DNA of 64,000 bases from Octopus sinensis (taxonomy: Eukaryota). The notes beneath the pieces were generated by a model. It searched no databases and was not told the DNA's origin. It saw nothing but the letters and a program-made list of their open reading frames with translations. The DNA lies in contig NW_021833704.1 of assembly GCF_006345805.1 (NCBI RefSeq), positions 8,186-72,185 on the forward strand, given 5' to 3'. Shown here in pieces: positions 1-13,694 of this stretch. The translations under genes and the position numbers were made by a program. The first letter of the stretch is position 1. Each line of letters begins with the position of its first letter.

Positions 1-195
1 GGGAATTGGTCATAGTCTGCATGTTTGTGCAGTTGTTGGCAAAAAGGCCTACATCATCATAGTTCAAAATCTAACTGTTTCCTTCTTATCTACTATCAGC
101 CATATCCACAAAAGAATGGAGACAGCATACACATTGTTGCACTTCTGATAGGATCGAAAAGAACTCAGTACATCCTGATTCTGCTTTTAATAATC

Positions 196-1184
196 ACACA
201 CATACATACATACATACATACATACATACATACATACATACATGCATACATACATGCATGCATACATACATACATACATACATACATGCATACATACATA
301 CATAACATACATACATACATACATGCATACATACATACATACATACATAAATACATACAGACAGACATACATACATACATTACATACATACATACATACA
401 TACATACATGCATACATACATACATGCATGAATACATACATACATACATTACATACGTACATACATACATACATACATACATACATACATTACATACATA
501 CATACATACATTACATGCATACATACATGCATGCATACATACATACATACATACATACATGCATACATACATACATAACATACATACATACATACATACA
601 TACATACATGCATACATACATGCATGCATACATACATACATACATACATGCATACATACATACATAACATACATACATACATTACATACATACATACATA
701 CATACATACATGCATACATACATACATGCATGAATACATACATACATACATTACATACGTACATACATACATACATACATACATACATTACATACATACA
801 TACATACATTACATACATACATACATATATACATTACATCCATCCATCCATCCATACATACATACATACATTACATACATACATACATACATACATACTA
901 CATACATACATACATGCATACATACATGCATGCATACATACATACATACATACATACATGCATACATACATACATAACATACATACATACATTACATACA
1001 TACATACATACATACATACATGCATACATACATACATGCATGAATACATACATACATACATTACATACGTACATACATACATACATACATACATACATAC
1101 ATTACATACATACATACATACATTACATACATACATACATATATACATTACATCCATCCATCCATCCATACATACATACATACA

Positions 1185-1215
<31 letters not shown>

Positions 1216-1252
1216 CATACATACATACATACATACATACATACATACATAC
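196..1252. repeat. (TACA)n microsatellite array with internal higher-order repeats
   Basis: Continuous TACA/CATA repeat with variant blocks (CATG, GAATAC, CGTAC, CATCCATCC) recurring at ~275-313 bp spacing; explains all HTYI/MYVC ORFs here. Confidence 0.97.
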
Positions 1253-1887
1253 ATGGTGGCTGCCCCCTCGTTATCGAGTATGGCCATTGCATGAAGCTTA
1301 ATCAATGTTGTTATCGTGCAATGCCTGTGCAAGAAAATTTTTTTTGAAGTGAGTAAAGGCTGTGCACTGAGTCAATCCCACTCACTAAGCCATAATCCGA
1401 AAAGAAGAACAAGTCAACATCATCAGTAAACACTGAGCCGCAGGTTTTATGTCGTAGTTATCCCAGTTACCTGAGTTGCCTTCTCCTAGAAGGATGCCCT
1501 AACAAAGGCTAGGAGTCCTTCACTCTCAATGGTTTAACTGTGCGATCGGGTATTCAATCCGATTATTTCTATGTCCCCGCGCATGATACAGCCTTAAGAC
1601 ATTTATTGGATGGACGTTGACTCTAAAGAGTTCCTCCGCCCTTTAACGGGTTTTGTTTTTCATCCTGCAGGGTGTCCAATAAACACCCTCCTCACAAGCA
1701 AGCTTGGGTGGGGTTGCCAGTTTAGTCGCCCGACGACCCGACCATGCAGCATACATGCATACATACATACATACATACATGCATACATACATACATACAT
1801 ACATACATACATACATACATACATACATACATACATACATACATACATACATACATACATGTTTGTGTGTGTGCATGTAAGTATGTA

Positions 1888-2105
1888 TATGAGGGGGTGC
1901 TGGAAAGTTCCTAGCTTTGGGTAAAAGAAAATACAAAAGAATCAGTTAATTATGATTTTATGCAACATTTTGCCCTCTCAGATTCACACACTTACTGCAG
2001 CGGTCCTTCAGTTTTTCTAAAGCTTGTAAAAGAGCTCGGAGAACTGGGCCTCCAAACAGGTCTTTCGTAATCACCTTAAAACCAGGAACTTTTCAGTACC
2101 CCATA
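1888..2105. mobile_element. Mariner-type MITE
   Basis: Imperfect TIRs TATGAGGGGGTGCTGGAAAGTTCCTAGCTTT / AAAACCAGGAACTTTTCAGTACCCCATA, TA at both ends, non-coding interior of ~160 bp. Confidence 0.75.
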
Positions 2106-2541
2106 GTGTGTGTGTATGCGTGTGGGTATGTGTGTGTAATACACATACATACATACATACATACATACATACATACATACATACATACATACATACGTAC
2201 GTATGTACATACATACATACATACATACATACATACATACATACATACATACATACATGCATACATACATACATACGTACGTATGTACATACATACATAC
2301 ATACTACATACATACATACATACATACATACATACGTACATACGTATATACATAGATATATACATACAGAGAATGAGAGAGTAAAACAGACAGACAGACA
2401 GAGGAAGGAATAGCTATCTATCGTTTTATCTATCTTGCTATGTATATCATGTCTGTCTCTCTCTCTATACATATATGTGTGTATGTGTGTTTTTGTATGA
2501 GTGTGTGTGTGTGAATGTGTCTGTGTCTGTCTCTTTGTCTG

Positions 2542-2610
<69 letters not shown>

Positions 2611-2644
2611 ATCAATCAATCTATCTGGTTATCTGTCTGTATGT

Positions 2645-5600
2645 CAGCCACGGGCCCTAAAGTCCATGTTTGGCGGACAGTTTAACATTTATTTCGCTCC
2701 CTGTCTGCCGAGGATGGGCGGTAGTGGCACCGCGGTACTTTTTCACAAGAGCCTGGATCTCGAAGTCAAGACGATATTCGTAGACCCGGAGGGTAGACTG
2801 ATCGTTCTGGATGTTGACGGCAGCAATGGGTGCGCTTTTCGACTCGTATCAGTCTACGCACCGCCTTACAGCGCGGTCAGGCGGATTTCTTTCGACGTCT
2901 AGAAGTATTCTTGGGAACGTCTCGTCCTTTACTCTTAGTGGGGATTGGAATGCTACCTTGGACACGCATGTAGACTACGTGGGTAGAGACAGAAACAGAA
3001 GGGGATGCAAAGCCTCAGAGACCTGCTCAGACGATTCCAACTGTCTGACAGGTACCGACTCGACCACCCAAATGCCACCAACGTGGACATGGAGCAACCG
3101 CAGTGGGTCGTCGAGATCGTATCTAGATAGGATACTGTGTAGGACAGTAGACAAGGATAACTTAGGACGTCCACAATTCCACACAGTCAGCTACACGGAT
3201 CACAAATTGGTGACGTGTACGCTAGACTTAGATAAGGCACATAGACAGGGTCATGGGTACTGGAAACTGAACGCATCATTCCCGTCCAGACAAGTTTTCA
3301 GAGACCGGATTAGCACACTAGTAAAGAGGGCTTTGACGGGAGCCATCATCAACAACAAATGGTGGTTTGCCCTCAAGAGAGCAGTAAAAGCAGAAGCGAT
3401 TAGGTACAGCAAAGCACTAGCCATAGATAGAAAATAGAGTAGAGGGTGAGCTAGTTAAGAAGCTAGAAGAGGCAATTAGAAGCGGCATCGCATCCGACGT
3501 TTTGGCGGCGAGGTTGGCCCTCGACCAACACTTCAACGCCAAACACGAAGGATGTGCTGTCAGAGCTAGGATGCGTGCTCTAAGGAACGAAGGTGTTGGA
3601 GCCGCGAGAGAGGCCCGGGTGGCAGAGGCGCAACAGGGCAACAAAGCCACCATTCGGTCACTGGTAGATGAACAGGGGCGCGAATTGCTCGAGCCAAGTA
3701 AAATGTGTGAGGCCTTTCAGCAGCATTTTGCCCGACTGTTCGGGACGAGTGGAGGGCAAGAACGTAGGGTAGACTTCAGTGCCTACCTACATAGCCTGCC
3801 ACGACTCTCGACAGAAAGGCAGGGTGCTGCGAAGGTGCCATCACGGCGGCGGAAGTGCGGGAAGCGATGGCAGAATGCTCGAGGGACAAATCACCGGGTT
3901 TGGATGGTCTACCCTACGAATTTTACTATTGTATGCCAGACTTGTTTGGAGACGTTCTTGGCAGCGGTAACTGCAACTGGCAGCAAAACGGGAGCATACC
4001 GGTTTTGTGAGTCGAGGAGCTGTAACTCTGCTGAAGAAAGATCAAAACAAGGGAAACATTATAGATAACTTTAGGCCAATCACTCTGCTCAATGCAGACC
4101 TGAAAATTTTGACAAAGGTGTTAGCCAGAGGTTGGCGCTTGTCATGGAGAAACTGGTCGACAACGCACAAACGTGCGCCGTGCCGGGCCGGAGCATCCAT
4201 GACAACCTCCATCTGATGCGCTACATCATAGACAGGGTAGTTAACGAACCTGGCATGGGTGGGCCCCTGATCAACTTGGATCAATCGAAAGCCTTTGATA
4301 GGTAGACCATCGATACTTGGAGGCAGTCCTGAGAGCGGCTGGTTTCGGTCCCGTCTTCCGCGGCTGGTAGCTGCCTGTACAGAGGCATCCGTTCGGTAAT
4401 TCGCGTAAATGGACATCTATCGAGACCCTTCGACATTGCACGTTCGGTCCGTCAGGGATGCCCCCTCTCGGCGCTTCTATACGTATTGACTCTTGAGCCA
4501 CTACTGCGGAAGCTGGCGACTCTGAGGGGCATCCCGCGAGAATTAGGATGCGGGACGAGCGTGTCTGCATATGCGGATGACGTCACCGTCATAGTGTCAA
4601 GCCACGAGCACATCGAGCGGGTCGGCGAGACACTGAAAGACTACGAAGCGGTGACAGGAGCAAAAATCAACCGGGAAAAGTCAGTGGGCTTGCGGCTCGG
4701 CACCTGGAGAAGCAAACCCATGCCGTCCACCAGTACCTCCGTCGTGGGACGCTGGACAGACGGCCCGGTTGAGTTGCTCGGGGTCTGGTTCGGTCCGGAC
4801 CTCCAAATGGAGAAGAACTGGAACGAGATAACGAGTAGGGTGGTCACTCTCGCCCAGCAATGGGCCGAGAGGAACCTGTCCCTAAAAGGTCGGGCGGAGG
4901 TGGTGAACGCGTACATCGCGTCCATCATCTACTACCGCCTGACCGTCGTACCTTGTCCCGACCCTACCATCACCAAACTAGAACGCATCCTCTTCCGCTT
5001 CTTGTGGAAAGGATGCGTCCCGATGGTCAGGCGATCCATTTGCTGTCAACACCCGTTAAAAGGAGGGCTGGGCATGCCGTGGTTGATGATGCGCAGACAC
5101 GCGCTGAGACTGCGACATCTCCGGCTCTATGTAGACGACGGTGACAGGTGTGGTCGCCGTTTGTGAGGCACGCATTCCCGCAACTCGTCTCCATGACCGA
5201 ACTACAGTCGTGGATCAAAAAGAGGCCGAAGAAGGGCGAATGGCACCGCGAGTGTCGCGTTGCTCTCAAGCAACTCTGCCGTCCCGGGTCGACCTTGAGT
5301 GACTTCAAACACAACCAAAGCATTCTATAGGGGATTAGTGGAGGGGAGGTACGACGACGAGCTCGGGGCAAACCTGGGCGTCGACGAGGAATACCTGACC
5401 CGCCTGTTTCAAACGACTTTCGGCCCGGGACCTATGGACAACTTCCAGAGATCCCTGGCCTGGCGGTGCTACCGAGAAGCGCTACCCGTTCGGGATAAGC
5501 TCTATAGGCATGGCTCGAGAAACACGGGGCCGACCTGACCGAGATGCGGGCAGAGCGACGAACCGCTCTGCACGCAATCGTGCAGTGTCCAGCAATTTCC

Positions 5601-6253
5601 CACCTGTGGGCTTATGTCGAACGACTGCTGTCACGTGTGGGACGTGTCGGTTTATCAGCCGAGTCTATCGTTAATATCGTCACGCCTCCTTCCTTCAAAC
5701 GGGAAGGAAGAGCTATTTTTATCATACTTGTGGCTATGGCGAAAGAATGTATCTGGTGGACGCGTCTGAAAGGATTAGAGACAAACACTTTCCTCTCTGG
5801 TCAATCTCTCATCACTTCTTCAAGTATCACTTGAAGAAAAAAGTGAGAGTAGAGAGGCAAGTTTTGTCTAGTGAATGTTTTAAAAAAAGATGGTGAATGT
5901 AGCAAGGATGGCACGTATGAATGACGAAGCCACCTTGACTATGATTCTATGAACCGTAAAAATTAATACAGAGAGTTGCTTATTTGCAAAAAAAAAAAGA
6001 AATATAACATGTGGACTGGACTCATTGACCGAGTTACCGTGGTCTTTTCCGTAGGCTTTTCTTTCCACGGGTAACCTCACCTGTCCTCCCCTTTACACTT
6101 CATATTGACATTTCTGTGATAACGATCCCTATTGATCAATTTTTTTTCCTCTCCCCCTTTTTTTTTAAGCCCCCACCTTTTTTTGTCCTCCTTCTCTCCT
6201 TTTACGATCCCTTTTGATCGACCCCCCCCTTTTTTATTTTATTTTATTTTTTA

Positions 6254-6284
<31 letters not shown>

Positions 6285-6368
6285 TTTTTTTTTAAACCTT
6301 CAAAAGAAAAGCTCTACCTTGTAATTTGTTCTATCTGTGTGTAGCCCTGTGTGGCTAATAAAGAAACA
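2645..6368 (+). mobile_element. Tx1/L1-clade LINE copy 1, 5'-truncated within APE endonuclease; ORF2 frameshifted
   Basis: ORF pieces show APE motifs (SGDWNATLD, SYLDRI, SYTDHK), RT motifs (FRPITLLNAD, DQSKAFD, RQGCPLS, AYADDV), WKG/GGLG thumb and a C-terminal CPRC..ET..HA..QC Zn-knuckle; stop at ~5952; T-rich 3'UTR ending GCCCTGTGTGGCTAATAAAGAAACA followed by (TATC)n. Confidence 0.93.
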
Positions 6369-6471
6369 TATCTATCTATCTATCTATCTATCTGTCTATC
6401 CATCCATCCATCCATCCACCTATCTATCTATCTATCTATCTATCCATCTATCTATCTATCTATCTACCTAC

Positions 6472-6512
<41 letters not shown>

Positions 6513-6632
6513 CATCTATCTATCCATCCATCCATCCATCCATCCATCCATCTATCTATCTATCCATCTATCCATCTATCCATCCATCCATCCATCCATC
6601 TATCTATCTATCCATCTATCCATCCATCCATC

Positions 6633-6704
6633 CCTTCAAAAGAAAAGCTCTACCTTGTAATTTGTTCTATCTGTGTGCAGCCCTGTGTGGCTAATAAAGA
6701 AACA
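6633..6704 (+). mobile_element. Ultra-short (~72 bp) 3'-end-only copy of the Tx1 LINE
   Basis: Matches the last ~72 nt of copies 1 and 2 (CCTTCAAAAGAAAAGCTC...AATAAAGAAACA), embedded in (ATCC/TATC)n. Confidence 0.9.
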
Positions 6705-6725
6705 TATCTATCCATCCATCCATCC

Positions 6726-6761
6726 ATCTGTGTGCAGCCCTGTGTGGCTAATAAAGAAACA
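6726..6761 (+). mobile_element. Ultra-short (~36 bp) 3'-end-only copy of the Tx1 LINE
   Basis: ATCTGTGTGCAGCCCTGTGTGGCTAATAAAGAAACA between (ATCC)n and (TATC)n. Confidence 0.85.
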
Positions 6762-6838
6762 TATCTATCTATCTATCTATCTATCCATCTATCCATCCAT
6801 CCATCCATCTATCTATCTATCTATCCATCCATCCATCC

Positions 6839-6877
<39 letters not shown>

Positions 6878-6902
6878 CATCCATCCATCCATCCATCCAT
6901 CC

Positions 6903-6941
<39 letters not shown>

Positions 6942-6962
6942 CATCCATCCATCCATCCATCC

Positions 6963-7014
<52 letters not shown>

Positions 7015-7062
7015 GTCTATCCATCCATCCATCCATCCACCTATCTATCTATCTATCTATCC

Positions 7063-7097
<35 letters not shown>

Positions 7098-7120
7098 CAT
7101 TTATCTAGTTATCTGTTTGA

Positions 7121-8370
7121 ACACGCGCTGAGACTGCGACATCTCTGGCTCTATGTAGACGACGGTGAACAGGTGTGGTCGCCGTTTGTGAGGCACGCTT
7201 TCCCGCAGCTCGTCTCCATGACCGAACTGCAGTCGTGGATCAAAAAGAGGCCGAGGAAGGGCGAATGGCAACCGCGAGTGTCGCGTTGCTCTCAAGCAAC
7301 TCTGCCGTCCTGGTCGACCTTAAGTGACTTCAACACACACCAAAGCATTCTATAGGGGTTTAGTGGAGGGGAGGTACGACGACGAGCTCGGGGCGAACCT
7401 GGACGTCGACGAGGAGTACCTGACCCGCCTGTTCGGGACGACTTTCGGGCCAGGGCCCATGGACAACTTCCAGAGATCCCTGGCCTGGCAGTGCTACCGA
7501 GAAGCGCTACCCTTCGGGATAAGCTCTACAGACACGGCTCGAGAAAACACGGGGCCGACCTGCCCGAGATGCGGTCAGAGCGACGAAACCGTTCTGCACG
7601 CACTCGTTCAGTGTCCAACAATTTCCGACCTGTGGGCTTATGTCGAACAACTGCTGTCACGTGTGGGACGAGTCGTTTTATTTATCAGCTGAGTCTATCG
7701 TCAATATTGTCACGCCTCCTTCCTTCAAACGGGAAGGAAGAGCTATTTTCATCATCCTTGTGGCTATGGCGAAAGAATGTATCTGGTGGACGCGTCTGAA
7801 AGGATTGGAGACAAACACTTTCCTCTCTGGTCAATCTCTCTCAACTTCTTCAAGTACCACTTGAAAAGGAAAGTGAGAGTAGAGAGGCAAGTTTTGTCTA
7901 GCGAATGTTTTAAAAAAAGATGGGTGAATGTAGCAAGAATGGCACGTATGAATGACGAAGCCACCTTGAGCATAGTCCTATGAACCCAGAAATCGAAAAC
8001 AGAGAGTTGCTCATTTGCAAAAAAAAAAAAAAAAAAAAGAAATATAAAATGTGACTTCATTGACCGAGGTTACCGTGGTCTTTTCCGTAGGCTTTTCTTT
8101 CCACGGGTAAACCACCTGTCCTCCCCTTTACACTTCATATTGACATTTCTGTGATAACGATCCCTATTGATCAATTTTTTTTTCCTCTCCCCCTTTTTTT
8201 TTTTTTTTTTTTAACCCCCCTTTTTTTGTCCTCTTTCTCTCCTTTTACGATCCCTTTTGATCGAAACTCCCCCTTCCTTTTTTTTTTTTTTTTTTAAACC
8301 TTCAAAAGAAAAGCTCTACCTTGTAATTTGTTCTATCTGTGTGCAGCCCTGTGTGGCTAATAAAGAAACA
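7121..8370 (+). mobile_element. Tx1-clade LINE copy 2, 5'-truncated (ORF2 C-terminus plus 3'UTR)
   Basis: Near-identical to 5097-6368 (HALRLRHL..., CPRCGQSDETVLHALVQC); stop at 7983; same 3' terminus. Confidence 0.93.
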
Positions 8371-8391
8371 TATCTATCCATCCATCCATCC

Positions 8392-8426
<35 letters not shown>

Positions 8427-8555
8427 CATCTATCCATCCATCCATCCATCTATCTATCTATCTATCCATCCATCCATCCATCCATCCATCTATCAATCTA
8501 TCTATCTATCTATCTATCTATCCATCCATCCATCCATCCATCCATCCATCCATCC

Positions 8556-8586
<31 letters not shown>

Positions 8587-8877
8587 CATCCATCCATCCA
8601 TCCATCCATCCATCCATCTATCTATCTATCTATCCATCCATCCATCCATCCATCCATCCATCCATCTATCTATGTATCTATCCATCCATCCATCCATCCA
8701 TCCATCCATCTATCTATCTATCTATCTATCTATCCATCCATCCATCCATCCATCCATCCATCCATCCATCCATCCATCCATCTATCTATCTATCTATCTA
8801 TCTATCCATCCATCCATCTATCTATCTATCTATCCATCCATCCATCCATCTATCTATCTCTCTATCTATCTATCTAT

Positions 8878-11800
8878 AACTCCAATCCCCACAAAATTGA
8901 GACCCTAAACAACACAACAATACCACAATCACTCAAACAACAAAATACCCAAACCCACATCCAAAACCGCATACACCACAACCAAACGCTCACCAACCAA
9001 CACAACACACAACCAACACAGTCGACAATAGACCCCAATTCTTTCCTCTTCCAGACTCCGATTCGTCTGATCTGTCATTAGACGAAGAAGACAGGACACG
9101 GAAGATTGGCAAATAGCCACAGGGGGGAGAAGAAAAAGGGAAAAAAAAAGAAAAGAAAAATAACAAACAAAGCGGGAAGATACACCACTCCCGAAACAAA
9201 AACATCCACAGAAAACACACACATCACCACACACCATCATCAAACCCCCAAAAATGTTGACAGCCATAAACACAAACAACCACGACCTAATGGAACACAT
9301 TAGGTCAAACACTAACATTACTGAAAACGACATAAAAACAAGTAACCACCCACATACAACACCACCACAACACATTAAAATAATACACGTGACACAGAAC
9401 ACATACAGCACCCTGAAATCTCTTTACCCTGATGCAGTAGGGAGATTTCAAAAGTACTCATCAAAAAAACTGATAAAAAGCCTCATAGAAGAAGACCGTG
9501 AGGTGAAAGACAAAGAACTTTCGAAAACAAGTACCTTTTCTCTCTCCTTCCTTTTTTGCACTTTTATCGGAACATGCTCGAATAGGTAGTATAAAATGTA
9601 CGTGGCTTGGGGTCGCCTTGGAAACAAGGCTACCTGTTAAATGACATCAAGTCACTAAATCTGAATATCATAGCCATCAGTGAGACCAGACTCCACAGCT
9701 TGCGGGCACTCCAGCACATTTTCGGTACACATTTCAACATTTATTTTCTCCGTGTCTACCGAGAATGGGCGGAGGTGGCACCGTGGTGCTTATCCGGAAG
9801 AGTCTGGATCTCAAAGTAAGAGCAAATTTCCTAGAACCGGAGGGTAGGCTGGTCGTTTTGGATGTCGATGGCAGCAATGAGTGTGCTTTTCGACTGATAT
9901 GCAGATTTATGCTCCGTCCTTAACAGGCCGACCAGATTTCTTTCGACGTCTAGAGTCTTTCATGGGAACGTCTCGTCCTTTACTTTTAGTGGGGGATTGG
10001 AATGCCACCCTGGACACGCATCTAGACTACGTGGGCAGAGATAGCAATAGAAGGGGATGCAAATGCCTCAAAGACCTGCTCAGACGTTTCCAACTGTCTG
10101 ACAGGTACCGACTGGACCACCCGAATGTGCCAATGTGGACATGGAGTAACCGCATCGGGTCGTTCAGATCATACTTAGACAGAGTATTCTGTAGGACAAT
10201 AGATAAAAATAGTGTAGTTGTGCCACAATTTCATATAGTCAGTTACACAGATCACAAGTTTGTGACTTACACTTGACTTAGATAAGACACATAGGCAGGG
10301 TCCTGGTTACTGGAAACTGAACGCGTCTTTTACAGCACGACAGGTTTACAGGGACCGGATCAGCACATTAGTTAAGAGAGCTTTGACGGGTACCATCATC
10401 AACAACAGATGGTGGTATGCCCTAAAAAAAGCGATTAAAGCAGAATCAGTCAGATACAGTAGAGCCTTAGCATTAGACCGAAATATAATAGAGGGAGAAT
10501 TAGTTAAGTTTTAGAAGAGGCACTTAGAACTGGCATCGCGTCCAACTTACTGGCGGCGAGATTGGCCCTCGACCAACACCTCAACGCCAAACACGAGGGA
10601 TGCGTTGTCAGAGCTAGGATGCGTGCTCTGAGGAACGAAGGAGTTGGAGCCGCCCAAGAGGCCCGAGTGGTGGAGACGCAACGAGGCAACAGAGCCACCA
10701 TCAAGTCTCTTATAGATGACCAGGGGCGCGAATTGCTCGAGCCTAAAAGGATGTGTGGGGTTTTTCAACAACACTTCACCCAACTGTTTGGGACAAGTGG
10801 TGAGTCAGAAAGCAGAGTGGACTTTAGTGCCTACCTGCATGCCTTGCCACGACTCTCAGCAAGGGAGGTGGAGTCTTGGAAAAGCCTATCACAGCTGCGG
10901 ATGTACAGGATGCGATGGTAGGCTGCGCGAGAGACAAGTCACCAGGCTTGGATGGTCTGCCCTACGAATTTTATTTTCATATGCCAGACTTGTTTGGAGG
11001 CGTCTTTGCAGCTGTCTACTGCAACTGGCAGCAGAACGGGAGTATTCCTGCTTTTGTAAGCGAGGAGCAGTGGCACTGATCAAGAAAGACCCCAAACAAG
11101 GGGGACGTCATAGATAATTTCAGGCCCATCACTCTGCTCAACGCAGATTTGAAATTTTGGCCAAGGTGTTAGCCGAGAGGTTGGCGCTTGTCATCAAGAA
11201 ACTAATCGACAAGGCGCAAACATGCGCCGTGCGGGTAGAAGTATTCATGACAACCTCCATCTGATGCGCTACATCATAGACAGGGTAGTTAAAAATCCTG
11301 GCATGGGTGGGCGCTGATCAATTTGGATCAATCAAAAGCCTTCGCGATAGGGTAGACCATCACTACTTGGAGGCTGTCCTCAAAGCGGCTGGTTTCGTCC
11401 AGTTTTCCGCGGTTGGATCGCTGCCTTATACAGCGGCATCCGCTCAGTAGTTCGCGTAAATGGTCATCTATCCAGACCTTTAACATCATGCGTTCGGTTC
11501 GTCAGGGATGCCCCCTCTCATCGCTGCTGTATGTACTGACTCTTGAGCACACTACTGCGGAAACTGGCGACGCTGAGGGGCATCCACGAGAGCTGGGATG
11601 CGGGAGGAGCGTGTCTGCATACGCGGATGACGTCACCGTCATAGTGTCGAGCTACGAGCACATCGAGCTGGTCGGCGAGACACTGAAAGAATACGAAGCG
11701 GTAACGGAGCAAAAATTAACCGGGAAAAGTCAGTGGGCTTGCGGCTCGGCACCTGGAGAAGCAAGCCCATGCCGTCCAACAGCGTCTCCATCGTGGGACG

Positions 11801-13294
11801 CTGGACGGACGGACCGGTAAATTGCTCGGGGTCTGGTTCGGTCCGGACCTCCAAATGGAGAAGAACTGGGGCGAGATAACGACTAGGGTGGCTACTCTCA
11901 CCAGAAATGGACTGAGAGAAAGCTATCCCTAAAAGGTCGGGCGGAGGTGGCGAACGCGTACATCGCATCCGTCATCGAGTATCGTCTGACCGTCGTGCCT
12001 TGTCCCGACCCTACCATCACCAAACTGGAACGCATACTCTCCGCTTCTTGTGGAAGGGAAACGTTCGATGGTTAGGCGATCCATTTGCTGCCAACACACC
12101 GCTAAATGGAGGGCTGGGCATGCGTGGTTGATGATGCGCAGACATGCGCTGAGACTGCGACATCTCCGGCGCTTCATAGACAAGGTGAACAGGGGTGGTC
12201 GCCTTTTGTGCGGCGGCGCTTTCCCGCAGCTCGTCTCCTTGGACGAACTACAGTCATGGATCAAGCAGAGACCGGGCTAGGCGAATGGCACCGCGAGTGT
12301 CGCGTTGCTCTCAAGCAACTCTGCCGTCCGGATCGAACTTGTGCGACTCCATCACAACAAAGGCATTCTATAGAGGATTAGTGGAGGGGAGGTGCGACGA
12401 CGAACTCGGGCAGAGTCTGGGCGTCGACGAGGAACACCTGACCCGCCTGTTCAGGACAACTTTCGGGCCGGGACCTATGAACAATCACCAAAGATCCCTG
12501 CCTGGCAGTGCTATCGAGAAGCATTACCTGTTCGGGATAAGCTCTACAGACACGGTTCCAGACACACTGGACCGACTTGCCCGAGATGCGGTCAGAGCGA
12601 CGAACCGTTCTGCACGCACTCGTGCAATGTCCAACATTTCCGACCTGTGGGCTTATGCCGAACGGCTGCTGTCACGTGTGGGGACGAATCCGCCTATCGG
12701 GCCGAGTCTATAGTGAGAATGCTCCGCCCCTTCCCTCAACCGGGAAGGCAAGGCAGTTTTCATCGTACTGGTGGCCATGGTGAAAGAATGTGTGTGGTGG
12801 ACTCGAGCGAAAGGATTAGAGACAAACACTTACCTCTCTGGCCAATCGCTCACAACTTTTTCAAGTACCACTTGAAAAGGAAGGTGAGAATGGAGAGGGA
12901 AGTTTTGTCTCGCGAAAGATTCAAAAAAAGATGGGTGAATGTTGCAAAGATGGTGCGTGCTAGTAACGAAACCATTTGGAGCATGATCCGTAGTAGATCG
13001 TAAAAAAAGAAAGAAAGAGAGGCATTTTGACCTCATGTGTTTATTTCCTCCCTGACTGGGGTTCCCGTGGTCTTTTCTGTAGGCCTTTCTTCCCACGGAT
13101 GAACCCAATCTTGTTATATCAATGTTACACCATATTTCTGTGATACACGATTTTCTCTTTTTTTTCCTTTTTTTTCCTCTAGATCCCTTTTGATCGCAAT
13201 CTTACATTTTTTATTTTTTTCCACCCTCGAAAAGAAAAGCTCTGAATTGTATTGTCCCCTCTGTATTCAGCCCTGTGTGGCTAATAAAAGAAAG
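8878..13294 (+). mobile_element. Tx1-clade LINE copy 3, diverged sister lineage with complete but frameshifted ORF2 and upstream ORF1-like/UTR remnant
   Basis: ORF2 start ATG at ~9574 gives an ML.IGSINVRGLGSPWKQGYLL...ISETRL APE N-terminus after frame correction; RT and Zn-knuckle motifs follow; stop at 13003; 3' end GCCCTGTGTGGCTAATAAAAGAAAG then TATC. Confidence 0.9.
9574..13003 (+). pseudogene. Tx1 ORF2 (APE endonuclease-RT-CCHC), multiply frameshifted
   Basis: ORF-track fragments 9607-9819, 9881-10276, 10562-10921, 12392-13003 carry the ordered domain motifs. Confidence 0.88.
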
Positions 13295-13659
13295 TATCTA
13301 TCTCTATCTAACTATCTATCCATCCATCCATCCATCCATCCATCATCCACTCCATCCATCTATCTATCTATCTATCCATCCATCCATCCATCCATCTATC
13401 TATCCATCCATCCATCCATCCATCCATCCATCCATCCATCCATCCATCCATCTATCTATCCATCTATCCATCTACCTACCTACCTATCTGTCTGTCTGTC
13501 TGTCTGTCCTCCCACATCTCCCTCCGACATAGCTTCCATTATCATTTGCCCTTCTCCCTCCTTTGTCCACCCATCCCGGCACCCCGCGCCAACGCCTACC
13601 CATTGTAACAGCTTCCACCCTTCCTCACTCCCTACCCACATCACTACCGACACCGTCAC

Positions 13660-13694
<35 letters not shown>

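Larger units (their letters stand above)
6369..8877. repeat. (TATC)n/(ATCC)n microsatellite blocks separating Tx1 insertions (6369-6632, 6762-7110, 8371-8877)
   Basis: Direct reading. Confidence 0.95.

Noticed and set aside
25-1347. 440-aa ORF and similar [16 protein letters not shown], poly-V, poly-T and CVCV ORFs throughout
   Set aside because: Direct translations of stop-free microsatellites; no coding signal.
1253-1750. RTE-type UTR or other interspersed repeat (GCCTTCTCCTAG motif)
   Set aside because: Looks repeat-like, but family and boundaries cannot be supported from this window alone.
6330-6380. U2 snRNA or other RNA-gene target of the Tx1 element (Keno-like)
   Set aside because: Flanks are pure TATC/ATCC repeat with no snRNA, tRNA or 5S similarity.
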